A stretch of DNA of 61,057 nt, counting the filler. It is 9 parts of 9 records of this genome, joined end to end, with 100 filler letters (N's around TTAATTAATTAA, not from the genome) between each part and the next. Parts side by side here need not be neighbours in the genome. Positions count along the whole stretch, not along the records: positions 41,486 to 50,064 come from SRR31147125_64793; positions 50,165 to 55,451 come from SRR31147125_64811; 7 more parts are not named here. One strand, given 5' to 3'. The notes under the pieces were generated by a model. It had not been told where the DNA came from, made no database searches, and saw only the letters and a program-made list of their open reading frames with translations. How positions within the stretch are numbered: the stretch's first letter is position 1; the number at the start of each line of letters is the position of its first letter. Positions 41,633 through 50,799 of the stretch are shown piece by piece. Made by a program: the position numbers and the translations under genes.

Positions 41633-41991
41633 TGGATGAGTTAACGGAGCAGCAGCTGGAAGAGCTTCGGGAGCAACTGCTGACGTTGAAACAGGAACTC
41701 GAAGCGCTCCTTTCGACGTCTGCTGAAAGCAGTCAGGTCGTGGATCTTGACCAGCCGATCGGCCGCTTGTCGCGGATGGATGCTCTGCAGCAGCAGGCGA
41801 TGGCGAAAGCTAGTCAGGCCGGGCACGCAAAGCGCCTGAAGCTGATTGAGTCTGCACTCCAGGCTTTTCGTCAGGAACGCTATGGAGAATGCCGGTTGTG
41901 TGAAGAGCCGATCGATTTTTCCCGCCTGAAGGCCCAACCGGAAGCCCCTTTTTGCCTGAATTGTCAGGCGCAGATGGAGAAGAACGTCTGA
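41632..41991 (+). CDS. TraR/DksA C4 zinc-finger protein
   Basis: Coiled coil with GRLSRMDA, YGECRLCEEPI...RL...PFCLNCQ. Confidence 0.92.
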   Translation: MDELTEQQLEELREQLLTLKQELEALLSTSAESSQVVDLDQPIGRLSRMDALQQQAMAKASQAGHAKRLKLIESALQAFRQERYGECRLCEEPIDFSRLKAQPEAPFCLNCQAQMEKNV

Positions 41992-41992
41992 G

Positions 41993-42430
41993 ATGTCGAA
42001 TTTATTTTTGATTCTGGCCATGCTGGCAGGAGGGGTGGCGGTTGCGGTTCAGCCGTCGATAAATGCACGGCTCGCTGAGAAAACCGGATTTTTACAAGCC
42101 TCGACGATTTCATTTGCCGTAGGAACCCTGGTCCTGCTGACTCTCTCTCTGGTGACGAGTCAGGGAACCTTTCGCCGCATCAGTGAAGCCGACTGGTGGC
42201 AGTTGACGGGTGGGATCTACGGCGCATTTTTTGTCACGATGACCATTGTTGCGGTGCCCCGCATCGGAACGACAGCTGTGCTCGCGCTGACGATCGTCTC
42301 GCAATTGATCGCGGGAATGATGATGGACCATTACGGCCTCTTCGGTATGCGCGGTATTCCCGTTGATGGAAGACGGGTCTTCGGGATCCTGCTGCTGCTG
42401 GTCGGGGTTTATCTCGTGGTCAAAAGATAA
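41993..42430 (+). CDS. DMT-family (YdcZ/DUF606) transporter
   Basis: AVQPSINARL, WWQLTGGIYGA, DHYGLFG. Confidence 0.92.
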   Translation: MSNLFLILAMLAGGVAVAVQPSINARLAEKTGFLQASTISFAVGTLVLLTLSLVTSQGTFRRISEADWWQLTGGIYGAFFVTMTIVAVPRIGTTAVLALTIVSQLIAGMMMDHYGLFGMRGIPVDGRRVFGILLLLVGVYLVVKR

Positions 42431-42434
42431 CGCG

Positions 42435-42788
42435 CTATTCCTGCCAGAAACAACCGGTCATGTCCTGCTGGAGGGCGCTGACCAGGCGACCAAACTCAAG
42501 CGTCGGCGGAGCGTTCAGGTAGAGCTGCCAGTAGTCCCCTTTCTTCTGGTGCAGTGTCCACTGGTTCAGTTCCGGGATATAGCGGAACTGGGCCATGGGC
42601 AATTCCTTGTGGCTGTCTTTATCGCCAGCGACCCGTCTCACTTCATAAAGATAGATCTGTCGCCCTTCCATATCGTAACGAAGGATTCTCGGACGGTATT
42701 TGTCGTTCGCCGTTTTGACAATCAGTTCGTCCAGCAGGCGGGTGGCCTTGCGTTGCAGAAGCGTTGGCAGTTCGATCATGGTGGGCAC
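42435..42788 (-). CDS. DUF3024-like protein
   Basis: LYEVR...PMAQFRY...WTL...WQLY...DMTGCFW. Confidence 0.75.
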   Translation of the reverse strand: MPTMIELPTLLQRKATRLLDELIVKTANDKYRPRILRYDMEGRQIYLYEVRRVAGDKDSHKELPMAQFRYIPELNQWTLHQKKGDYWQLYLNAPPTLEFGRLVSALQQDMTGCFWQE

Positions 42789-43720
42789 TCCGCGCAGTGT
42801 GACCGGAAAAGGTTGGTACTGAGATAGCGGTCTCCCCGGTCAGGCAAAAGCGTCGCTATGGTTCCATGATTGATCTGTCTGGCGATTTGAAATGCTCCCG
42901 CCACCGCCGCACCACTCGACATCCCTACGAATAAGCCGAGGGTCATAGCGAGCTGGCGTGTTGTCTCATAGGCCTCATCATCCTCGGCCCGGATCTTTTC
43001 CGTCAGCATGGACTCATCATAAATGGCGGGAACAATGGCTTCCTGCATGTTCTTCAGACCTTGAATTTTATGTCCGAGCCCCGGTTCAACACCGATAACT
43101 TTGATATCTGGGGCATGGTCAGAAAAGAAGCCGCTCAACCCCATCAGGGTTCCCGAGGTTCCCAGGCCGGCGACAAAATAATCGATATCACCGCCACTTT
43201 GGGCTAGCAGTTCAGGGCCTGTGGTTTCGTAGTGTGCCAGTGGATTGTTCGGATTGCTGTACTGGTCAGGCATATAGTACTTATCCGGATCCTCCTGCAG
43301 GATTTTATGCGCGAGCGTGATCGCGCCATCAGTCATCTGGCAGCCGGGAGACAGGACCACTTCGGCACCGTAGGCTTCGAGAATGCCACGGCGCTCGACA
43401 CTGACGCAGGCCGGCATGACCAACTTGACCCGATACCCTTTGGCGGCACCGATCATGGCGATGGCGATTCCGGTGTTCCCGGATGTCGGCTCAAGGATCG
43501 TTTTATCCGCTGTCAGCTCACCACTGGCTTCCGCTTTCTCGATCATGTTTAAAGCCGGGCGGTCCTTCACCGATCCGCCGGGATTGTTTCCTTCCAGTTT
43601 GGCTAGAATACGCACCTGAGGATTGGGCGACAGAACTGAAATATCGATCAGCGGGGTGTTGCCCACGGCTTCAATCAGAGACGGAATGAAGGTTGGGCGC
43701 TCAAGAGGATGTACGGACAT
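42776..43720 (-). CDS. cysM: Cysteine synthase (CysM-like, PLP-dependent)
   Basis: GNTPL, KLEGNNPGGSVKDR, EPTSGNTG, GLGTSGT, GMSSGA, PDRGDRYLS. Confidence 0.92.
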   Translation of the reverse strand: MSVHPLERPTFIPSLIEAVGNTPLIDISVLSPNPQVRILAKLEGNNPGGSVKDRPALNMIEKAEASGELTADKTILEPTSGNTGIAIAMIGAAKGYRVKLVMPACVSVERRGILEAYGAEVVLSPGCQMTDGAITLAHKILQEDPDKYYMPDQYSNPNNPLAHYETTGPELLAQSGGDIDYFVAGLGTSGTLMGLSGFFSDHAPDIKVIGVEPGLGHKIQGLKNMQEAIVPAIYDESMLTEKIRAEDDEAYETTRQLAMTLGLFVGMSSGAAVAGAFQIARQINHGTIATLLPDRGDRYLSTNLFRSHCAECPP

Positions 43721-43733
43721 TGTCGAGCCTTTC

Positions 43734-45575
43734 TTAAATAATTCCCTGCAGCGGGCCACCGTTCACTGCCAGGGCGTCAACCTGTTTTTCGATTTTGGGA
43801 TCATCAATAAGGGGTGGCGCGTGATGCGGTTTGATCCGTGCATCGATCACAAGAGCACCGCTGCAACCCCAGTGTTTCGCAATAGACGAAGACTCGATCC
43901 CATAGAGGTCAGCCGCGGGATTGGAGCGGGTGAACGTGGCCCAGAGCCAGTTGTTAAGTGTCGCTGCACAGAACTCACTGTCATCGACAACGAGAATCAG
44001 AGGGAACTGATTAATCGGCTCCTCGGCTGAGTACTTTTTGCAGAAACGGAGCAGGTTTAGATCGGCGCCAGGGCGGTACTCTTTACACTCCGGCCCTTCA
44101 ATCGCAATGATTCCGGGCATAACAACCTGAGGGTTCCCAAAGCCTCGAGGCAGGGTCAGGTTTTCAGGCAGTTGCTGAGGCAGCTCTCGTTTTTTCTCAC
44201 CGGCGGCAGCAATCACTACTTTTGACCCCTGGTTCAGGCCATGGCCGCTGTAATCAAGTGTGTCGATGGTTGTTGCCGTTTGAAAGTGCAGATCTCTGCG
44301 CCAGTCAACGCGCTCAAGTATGTGCTTGAAGAATCCGCGAATGTTGTGGATATCAAGGCGCGGGTTATCGTTATGGGCCGCGATCAGCAGATATTTGGCC
44401 AGGGATAGCTGTCCTTCTCCGAGGATGGCGTTTGCTTGTGTCAGAAGCTCCTGAGGGCGATCGAGCGAGTCATAGGGTGTATAACGCTCACTTCCGATGG
44501 CCAGCAGCAGCGGATGGACACCTGCCGCATCAACCGCGTGGACGGCTTTGATCCCCGGCAGGACATCGGGAATCAGCTCGCCGGTCAGTTCATGAATGAA
44601 GGTGCCGAAGCTGGTGTCCTCCTGCGGTGGCCGACCGACCGTTGTAAATGGCCAGATCGGTTCCGGGCGGTGGTAGACGCGATCGACTTTTACCATTGGG
44701 AAGTCATGTGCCAGGCTGTAGTAGCCGAGGTGATCGCCAAACGGACCTTCCGGCTTGAGCTGCTGGGGATCGACGGTGCCGCAGATGACAAAATCGGCTT
44801 CAGCAGGCATCGACAGGCAGCCCTCAGGCTGGACCATCGGAATGCGGTGGCCGGCGAGCAGCCCGGCAAAAGAGAGCTCCGGCATCCCTTCCGGCAACGG
44901 CATGACAGCGGCCACTCCAAGGCTGGGTGGTCCGCCGACAAAAATGTTGACGCGGAATGGACGCTTCAGATCCAGTGCTTCCTGGTGATGAACGCCGATA
45001 CCACGATGGATCTGGTAATGCAGCCCGATTTCTTTGTCCTGCTGGTAGTCGTTTCCGGACAGCTGAACGCGATACATTCCCAGATTGGATGAGCGCAGGC
45101 CCGGCTTCAGACTGCTCTCACTGTAAACCTGCGGAAGCGTAATAAAGGCGCCTCCATCGTCCGTCCAGCTTTTAATCTGCGGAAGTTGACTGATGCTGGC
45201 CTCGCGTTGGAGGATCGGTCCGGTCTTCACCTTCTGCGGGAGCAGGTGCAGAGCGCCGCGTGGAGCTTGAAGTAACGCTGATGGATGGTGAAGAAGGTGC
45301 TTCGGGTCGAGTTTAAGCTGAACCAGAGTTTCGACGCGACGCAGAGTGTCGCGAAAAAGATAGCGGGTTCTTTCAAGGGTTCCATAAAGATTGGCAATCG
45401 CAGGAAAGGCGCAGCCCGTCAGCTGGGTGAAGAGCAGAGCCGGTCCCTGGTTCTGGTAGACCCGACGCTGAATCGCTCCTGCCAGCAGGTTCGGATCGAT
45501 CGGTTGGTCAATGCGGATCAGCTGACCTGTCTGCTCAAGGTCGGTGATCGCCTGCTTCAGGTTGCGGTAGCCCAT
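43734..45575 (-). CDS. UbiD-family decarboxylase (long form)
   Basis: NLGMYR, PEGPFGDHLGYY, GRPPQED, DTLDYSG. Confidence 0.95.
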   Translation of the reverse strand: MGYRNLKQAITDLEQTGQLIRIDQPIDPNLLAGAIQRRVYQNQGPALLFTQLTGCAFPAIANLYGTLERTRYLFRDTLRRVETLVQLKLDPKHLLHHPSALLQAPRGALHLLPQKVKTGPILQREASISQLPQIKSWTDDGGAFITLPQVYSESSLKPGLRSSNLGMYRVQLSGNDYQQDKEIGLHYQIHRGIGVHHQEALDLKRPFRVNIFVGGPPSLGVAAVMPLPEGMPELSFAGLLAGHRIPMVQPEGCLSMPAEADFVICGTVDPQQLKPEGPFGDHLGYYSLAHDFPMVKVDRVYHRPEPIWPFTTVGRPPQEDTSFGTFIHELTGELIPDVLPGIKAVHAVDAAGVHPLLLAIGSERYTPYDSLDRPQELLTQANAILGEGQLSLAKYLLIAAHNDNPRLDIHNIRGFFKHILERVDWRRDLHFQTATTIDTLDYSGHGLNQGSKVVIAAAGEKKRELPQQLPENLTLPRGFGNPQVVMPGIIAIEGPECKEYRPGADLNLLRFCKKYSAEEPINQFPLILVVDDSEFCAATLNNWLWATFTRSNPAADLYGIESSSIAKHWGCSGALVIDARIKPHHAPPLIDDPKIEKQVDALAVNGGPLQGII

Positions 45576-45763
45576 AGTGCGTCTCCCCAGAGTCGATTTG
45601 CTGAGTCGTTCTTATACGTCATGGGGGCTGAAAAGGCAATAAGGGCCATTGCAGTGAAACAGGCTGGAATTGACTGGATTGGCAACCATATTGCAGATGG
45701 ATTTTGATGGACAAATTGCTTGTTATGTTTCTATGTTGGCATTGACCGAACGGGAATCGAGCC

Positions 45764-47377
45764 ATGCGCATTAAACTAGTCATCCGCTACACCGCTATCT
45801 CCAGTATTATTCTGCTGATTGTCATGTCGATATCAGCGATGTTGCACATCAACAAGGTTCAGAAGAACTTTGTTGAAGATGCGGCTCACGAGAATGATGC
45901 TCTCGCCGAGATGATCCTCAGGGACAATTACCACCTGATGCTGCAGGATGACCGCGAGCATCTTCAGCTGATGATTGAAGAGGTGGCAAAAGCTCCTCGC
46001 GTCCAGAGAATCCGGATCCTGGGAAAAGAAGGGATCATCAAGTTTTCCAACAACAAGTTCGAAATCGGAACCCAGCTCAGTCGTCAGGACGAAAGCTGTT
46101 CCTTTTGCCATCTGGCGGGATCGGAAGTTCTTGTCGACGTGCCGATCGAAAAACGGACGCGCATGTTCGAGGATGAAGGTGTCCAACTGCTCAGTGTGAC
46201 CCGGGGGATTTACAACGAGCCGAACTGTTTTACCGCAGCCTGCCATGCCCACTCAGCCGATGAACAGAAAATCGGGGTTCTCGATATTGTCGTCTCGCTT
46301 GAGCGGATGGCCGATCTCGCTCATGCTCACCACACCGATGTGGTTATTTCAACGATGCTGATGCTCGTTGTACTTTCGCTCGGGCACTATTTTCTGACCC
46401 GGCGGTATATCTGTGATCCGATCGAAGTTCTGCTGGCTCAGACTCAGGCCCTGTCTGATGGGAATCTGACGGCCCGGGTCAAGAACATTTCCAAAGATGA
46501 GCTGGGTGAACTGGGACAGTCGTTCAATACGATGGCGGAAAACCTGGCCCAGGCTCAGCTTGAGTTGAAAGACTGGGGAAATACGCTTGAACATAAAGTT
46601 GAAGAGCGGACCGCTGAAATCCACGAGATGCAGGATCAACTGCTCCGGTCAGCCAAACTGGCGTCGATGGGTGAACTGGTGGCCGGTGTTGCTCATGAGA
46701 TCAATAACCCGCTAACTGGTATCCTCATGTTTGCGTCTCTTTCAGCGCGGACCCCGGATCTTCCACAGCAGGTGAAGGACAATCTCGATCTGATTGTCTC
46801 CGAAACCGGTCGCTGCGCCAAAATTGTCAAAGGGTTGCTGGAGTTTGCCCGCGAGTCGATTCCCGAAAAGAAACTTGATTCGGTCAATCGGGTGATTGAG
46901 CATACCCTGGAGCTGGTTTCACAGCAGGCGATTTTCCAGGATGTTGACATCAGCTGTGATTGTGGAGACGACATCCCAGAGCTGGAAATCGACGCCGATC
47001 AGTTGCAGCAGGTCTTCTTCAATATGTTTATCAACGCCGGGCAGGCGATGTCGCAGGGTGGATCATTAACGATCAGGACAGAGTTGCTCTCGGATAAGAA
47101 TGAAATTCGTATCGACGTGCGCGACACCGGAAGCGGGATCAGCCAGGAACACCTGGAACGGATTTTCGATCCCTTCTTCTCGACCAAATCGCAAAAAGGG
47201 TTCGGGCTTGGCCTGTCCGTCTCTTACGGAATTATCCGCAACCATGGTGGGCGTGTTGATGTCGACAGTGAGCTTGGTAAGGGAACCTGTTTTACGATCT
47301 ATCTGCCGGTCGAAGTCAATTTGCTGCCAGAAGTTGGTGATAATCCGGACACCAATCCGCCGAACGAATCAGTGTAA
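45764..47377 (+). CDS. Sensor histidine kinase with heme-c motif periplasmic domain and HAMP
   Basis: CSFCH and CFTAACH in the periplasmic part; HAMP DELGEL; AHEINNPL; FDPFFSTK; GLGL. Confidence 0.95.
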   Translation: MRIKLVIRYTAISSIILLIVMSISAMLHINKVQKNFVEDAAHENDALAEMILRDNYHLMLQDDREHLQLMIEEVAKAPRVQRIRILGKEGIIKFSNNKFEIGTQLSRQDESCSFCHLAGSEVLVDVPIEKRTRMFEDEGVQLLSVTRGIYNEPNCFTAACHAHSADEQKIGVLDIVVSLERMADLAHAHHTDVVISTMLMLVVLSLGHYFLTRRYICDPIEVLLAQTQALSDGNLTARVKNISKDELGELGQSFNTMAENLAQAQLELKDWGNTLEHKVEERTAEIHEMQDQLLRSAKLASMGELVAGVAHEINNPLTGILMFASLSARTPDLPQQVKDNLDLIVSETGRCAKIVKGLLEFARESIPEKKLDSVNRVIEHTLELVSQQAIFQDVDISCDCGDDIPELEIDADQLQQVFFNMFINAGQAMSQGGSLTIRTELLSDKNEIRIDVRDTGSGISQEHLERIFDPFFSTKSQKGFGLGLSVSYGIIRNHGGRVDVDSELGKGTCFTIYLPVEVNLLPEVGDNPDTNPPNESV

Positions 47378-47396
47378 CGGGTCAAAAGAGGTTGGA

Positions 47397-48824
47397 TCAG
47401 TTAGAGGTATGGTCTTTGATGGAGATTCCCAGCTTTTTCAGCAGGGCCTGAAAGTTCGGTCGGAGCATGCCGGTCTCTTCCGCAGCCTTGGTGACATTCC
47501 AGTTATTGCGTTCGAGGGCGGCATAGACAAAAGCCTTCTCAACCGGCTCGACAGCCTGTTCGCGGACGCGACGCTTGATCTCTTTGAGCTCTTCCGTGTT
47601 TTTAGGCGCCGGAAGATCGCCTCCGGCAACGGTTGTGTCCTGTGAGATCGGCAATTCCAGGCTTTCCCGTTGAATCAGATCCCCCTGAGTCAGGACAACC
47701 GCTCTCTCGATGATATTTTCCAGCTCCCGGACGTTGCCCGGGAAAGAATACTCATGCATAGCGAGGTGTGCATCTGCCGAGAGTCCCCTGACCTGTTTGC
47801 CGACGTCCTCGGAAAACTTTTTCAGGAAATAGCCGATCAGCAGTGGAACATCCCCTGAGCGTTCACGCAGCGCCGGAAGGTCGATCGGAATGATGTTCAA
47901 GCGGAAATAAAGATCGTCACGAAAGGTTCCATCTTCGACCATTTTATCAAGGCCTCGGTTGGTCGCTGCGATCAGACGAATATCGATCGGGGTCGCTTTT
48001 GTTCCACCGATGGCTGTCACTTCACGCTGCTGAAGAACACGGAGCAGTTTTGCCTGGGTGGCCATGCTCAGATTGGCAATCTCATCAAGGAAGAGCGTTC
48101 CGCCGCTGGCGACGGTAAACAGGCCCGGCTTTGACTGGGTGGCCCCGGTGAAAGAGCCTTTGACGTGGCCGAACAGTTCGCTCTCCAACAGGTTCTCCGG
48201 GAGAGAATTACAGTCAACAGCGACAAAGGCTTCATCTTTTCTATCGCTGTTGTTATGGATCGCCCGGGCAACAAGCTCTTTACCGGTTCCGCTTTCTCCC
48301 GTGACCAGAACGGTACTGTTGGTTGGAGCGACCTGCAGGATGCGTTGAAACACCTTCTGCATGGCCGCGCTTTTGCCAATGAACGCCTCATCGACGGCTT
48401 CGTGTGAGGTCACACCTTCTGTGACATTGGATGAATCAAGGTTGATCATCCGTTTCTGTACGGCCGATTTGACTTTTTCAAGAATCTGTTCCGGCAGGAA
48501 CGGTTTTGTCAGGTACTCAAAGGCGCCATTTTTCATGGCATCTACCGCAGAATCAACGGTCGCAAAACCGGTGATAATGATGACGGGAACGTTCGGTTGA
48601 AGAACCTGGATGGTTTTAAGGACTTCAATTCCACTCATGATCGGCATCTTAAGATCACTGATAACAACGCTGAAGGAGCCTTTCTGCAGCTTCTCCATGC
48701 CGATCTTGCCATTCGATGCCATGTCAACCTGGTAGCCTTCAAGGCTCAGGGTCTGTCGCAACCCTTCACGGATAATCGCTTCGTCGTCAATAACCAGGAC
48801 GTGATGTTCAGAGTTTTCGTTCAT
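47397..48824 (-). CDS. NtrC-family sigma54-dependent response regulator
   Basis: Receiver (VIDDE, SDLKMP), GESGTGKE, GSFTGA, LFLDEI, FPGNVRELEN, Fis HTH. Confidence 0.97.
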   Translation of the reverse strand: MNENSEHHVLVIDDEAIIREGLRQTLSLEGYQVDMASNGKIGMEKLQKGSFSVVISDLKMPIMSGIEVLKTIQVLQPNVPVIIITGFATVDSAVDAMKNGAFEYLTKPFLPEQILEKVKSAVQKRMINLDSSNVTEGVTSHEAVDEAFIGKSAAMQKVFQRILQVAPTNSTVLVTGESGTGKELVARAIHNNSDRKDEAFVAVDCNSLPENLLESELFGHVKGSFTGATQSKPGLFTVASGGTLFLDEIANLSMATQAKLLRVLQQREVTAIGGTKATPIDIRLIAATNRGLDKMVEDGTFRDDLYFRLNIIPIDLPALRERSGDVPLLIGYFLKKFSEDVGKQVRGLSADAHLAMHEYSFPGNVRELENIIERAVVLTQGDLIQRESLELPISQDTTVAGGDLPAPKNTEELKEIKRRVREQAVEPVEKAFVYAALERNNWNVTKAAEETGMLRPNFQALLKKLGISIKDHTSN

Positions 48825-48879
48825 AGTCGATGCCGATCACTTCGCTCGCAGTGGTTGAAAATTACCGCTTTCTCTAAAA

Positions 48880-48894
48880 GCAATTTTCAAGCCG
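48880..48894 (-). promoter_or_regulatory. Putative sigma54 promoter upstream of the NtrC-like gene
   Basis: Minus strand CGGCTT-GAAAA-TTGC: GG(-24)/GC(-12) spacing correct. Confidence 0.55.
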
Positions 48895-49370
48895 AAATCC
48901 ATACTAATAAGGGAAAATTGCACAGTCAAGGGATTCCTCTGAGTGGGGTTCAATCTTTGGAGTAGCAGTCTAACATGCTGTTATCGAAGAGCTTTTATTG
49001 GGAGTGTGGTTTTTTGTCGACAGGCTTTTTCGTTCGCCTGAGAGGTAGACTCATGGTGTTCTCACTCATCTGTTCAAAAAAATGGAGGTGTTTTTTGCGG
49101 AGTGAGACGAAAAAGGGTCCTAAAACGCCTGCAGTTGTATAAAAAAAACATACATCGGGTTGTTTCTCTTTTCACATGAAAAATGAGACTTAAATCGCAA
49201 TGCCTTGAAAATAAAGGTATTGGCTCGAGCTGTCATTTTAAGCCCTGTCTTGGCACGACTCGTGTAGATATCAACGAAGGATAAGATCTGGAAATGGATT
49301 TCCTTTCACACAACATGTGAGTCAAGCTCGATTGACTGTATAGAAGAAGCGTTTCAGGAAAGAGGTGGTT

Positions 49371-50033
49371 ATGAACGGAATACTGATTGCCAATAAGGAC
49401 CAAGCAGCCCGTGAGGAGATGGCCAGGCTGTTTCACAGTGATTCATACCGGGTGACGCTCACCGATTCTGTTGCTAACGCTCTCGAAGGGATTCTGGACA
49501 AGAGTATTCAGGTTGTTCTTCTCAGTGGTTCTTTTGACGAACAGTATGTCGCAAGGTTTGTTCCCCTGATGAAAAAATGTAATCGTAAGTTATCGATTAT
49601 CCTTGTTTCTGACGATATGCCTCTTGACCTGTTGCGCCGCGTTCGCAAGGAAGGCATCTTCTACCATGCACTGAAACCTGCGGGGGAAGAGGGGTGGGAA
49701 GAAATCTGTCAAGCTGTCGACTGTGCGTTTGAGAGTTACCATGCGCAGCAGAATAGCGCGCGGAAAAACCTTGGGACGCTGGCATTTCAGGGGGCCAAGA
49801 CGATTTTGAGTTCAATGCTTGTCTGGTTAGTGATGTCTCCTCAAGCCTACGCAATGGATGCCGCAGGGGCTCTGGGGGGTGGCTTGCTGATGATTTTATT
49901 CGTTGGATTTTTTGCCCTTCTGTTTGCGCTTCAGTTGGTTCCTGCGTTACTTGCTCTGGCAGGAAAAACCGAAGAAGCCGCGAAGGTTTATGAAGGGACC
50001 CTGGTGTCTTCCAGTCAGGAGACATCGGATTAA
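49371..50033 (+). CDS. Atypical receiver domain fused to C-terminal membrane segment
   Basis: Receiver fold (ILIANKD, VVLLSG, IILVS, LKP) without the phospho-Asp, then two hydrophobic helices; GAGGTG RBS. Confidence 0.75.
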   Translation: MNGILIANKDQAAREEMARLFHSDSYRVTLTDSVANALEGILDKSIQVVLLSGSFDEQYVARFVPLMKKCNRKLSIILVSDDMPLDLLRRVRKEGIFYHALKPAGEEGWEEICQAVDCAFESYHAQQNSARKNLGTLAFQGAKTILSSMLVWLVMSPQAYAMDAAGALGGGLLMILFVGFFALLFALQLVPALLALAGKTEEAAKVYEGTLVSSSQETSD

Positions 50034-50064
50034 TCAATTCCGCAGATCACTTCTTATGAAAGCC

Positions 50065-50164
50065 NNNNNNNNNNNNNNNNNNNNNNNNNNNNNNNNNNNN
50101 NNNNNNNNTTAATTAATTAANNNNNNNNNNNNNNNNNNNNNNNNNNNNNNNNNNNNNNNNNNNN
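50065..50164. other. Artificial contig spacer
   Basis: N44-TTAATTAATTAA-N44. Confidence 0.99.
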
Positions 50165-50312
50165 AATGGCAGGGGGTAAATCCCTTGCGAGCAGGCTATC
50201 TTTATTATTATTGAAGTTAGAATGCGCGCTTCTAAAAACCTTATTTTTGTCTCTTACACCTTAATAGCAAAACCAGCACCCACACCTCATTAACCTTATT
50301 ACATTATTTTAC

Positions 50313-50600
50313 ATGAAAATCGAATATAAAAATTTGTATATTCATTTGATATTAAGCACTTACAAACGTAAAAAAATGATATCGGAAAATAGCCGTGTTC
50401 GAATTGAGAAATATTACCGGCATAATCAACAATAATTCGTGTAAATGATATCCAATCTAAACAAATCCCGACCATGACCATTTCCTGGTTTCCCGCGCAC
50501 CCGGGATATTATAATAACTGGCCACGATCCGATTCTGTATCGAATTTAATGATAAAAACAAACTTCTTATCCATACTTTCGGATGCATTTTTATCCATCC
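50313..50600 (+). pseudogene. tnpA: Degenerate IS200/IS605 TnpA (Y1 HUH transposase)
   Basis: MKIEYKNLYIHLILST...RIEKY/TGIINNN...NPDHDHFLVSR with stops and frameshifts; 3' boundary approximate. Confidence 0.75.
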
Positions 50601-50799
50601 CACCTGGTTCAGCAAAAATTCAATGAAAAACCACGAAAATCTCTTGACTTGTATACTCTTGTATCTTTACTTTCCAATTCTTTTATTATACTTTTGCCTG
50701 ATACTGGTTCATTTTTTTTCCATCCAATTTTTGCAGCCATTGATACACGATAATATCCGGAAACCACCGCGTCTAAAGATAGAGAGGAGTTTTCAGACC

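Noticed and set aside
50623-50799. N-terminal extension of the LamG protein given by the ORF track
   Set aside because: A GAGGAG RBS and signal peptide point to ATG 50800; the extension is AT-rich intergenic sequence.
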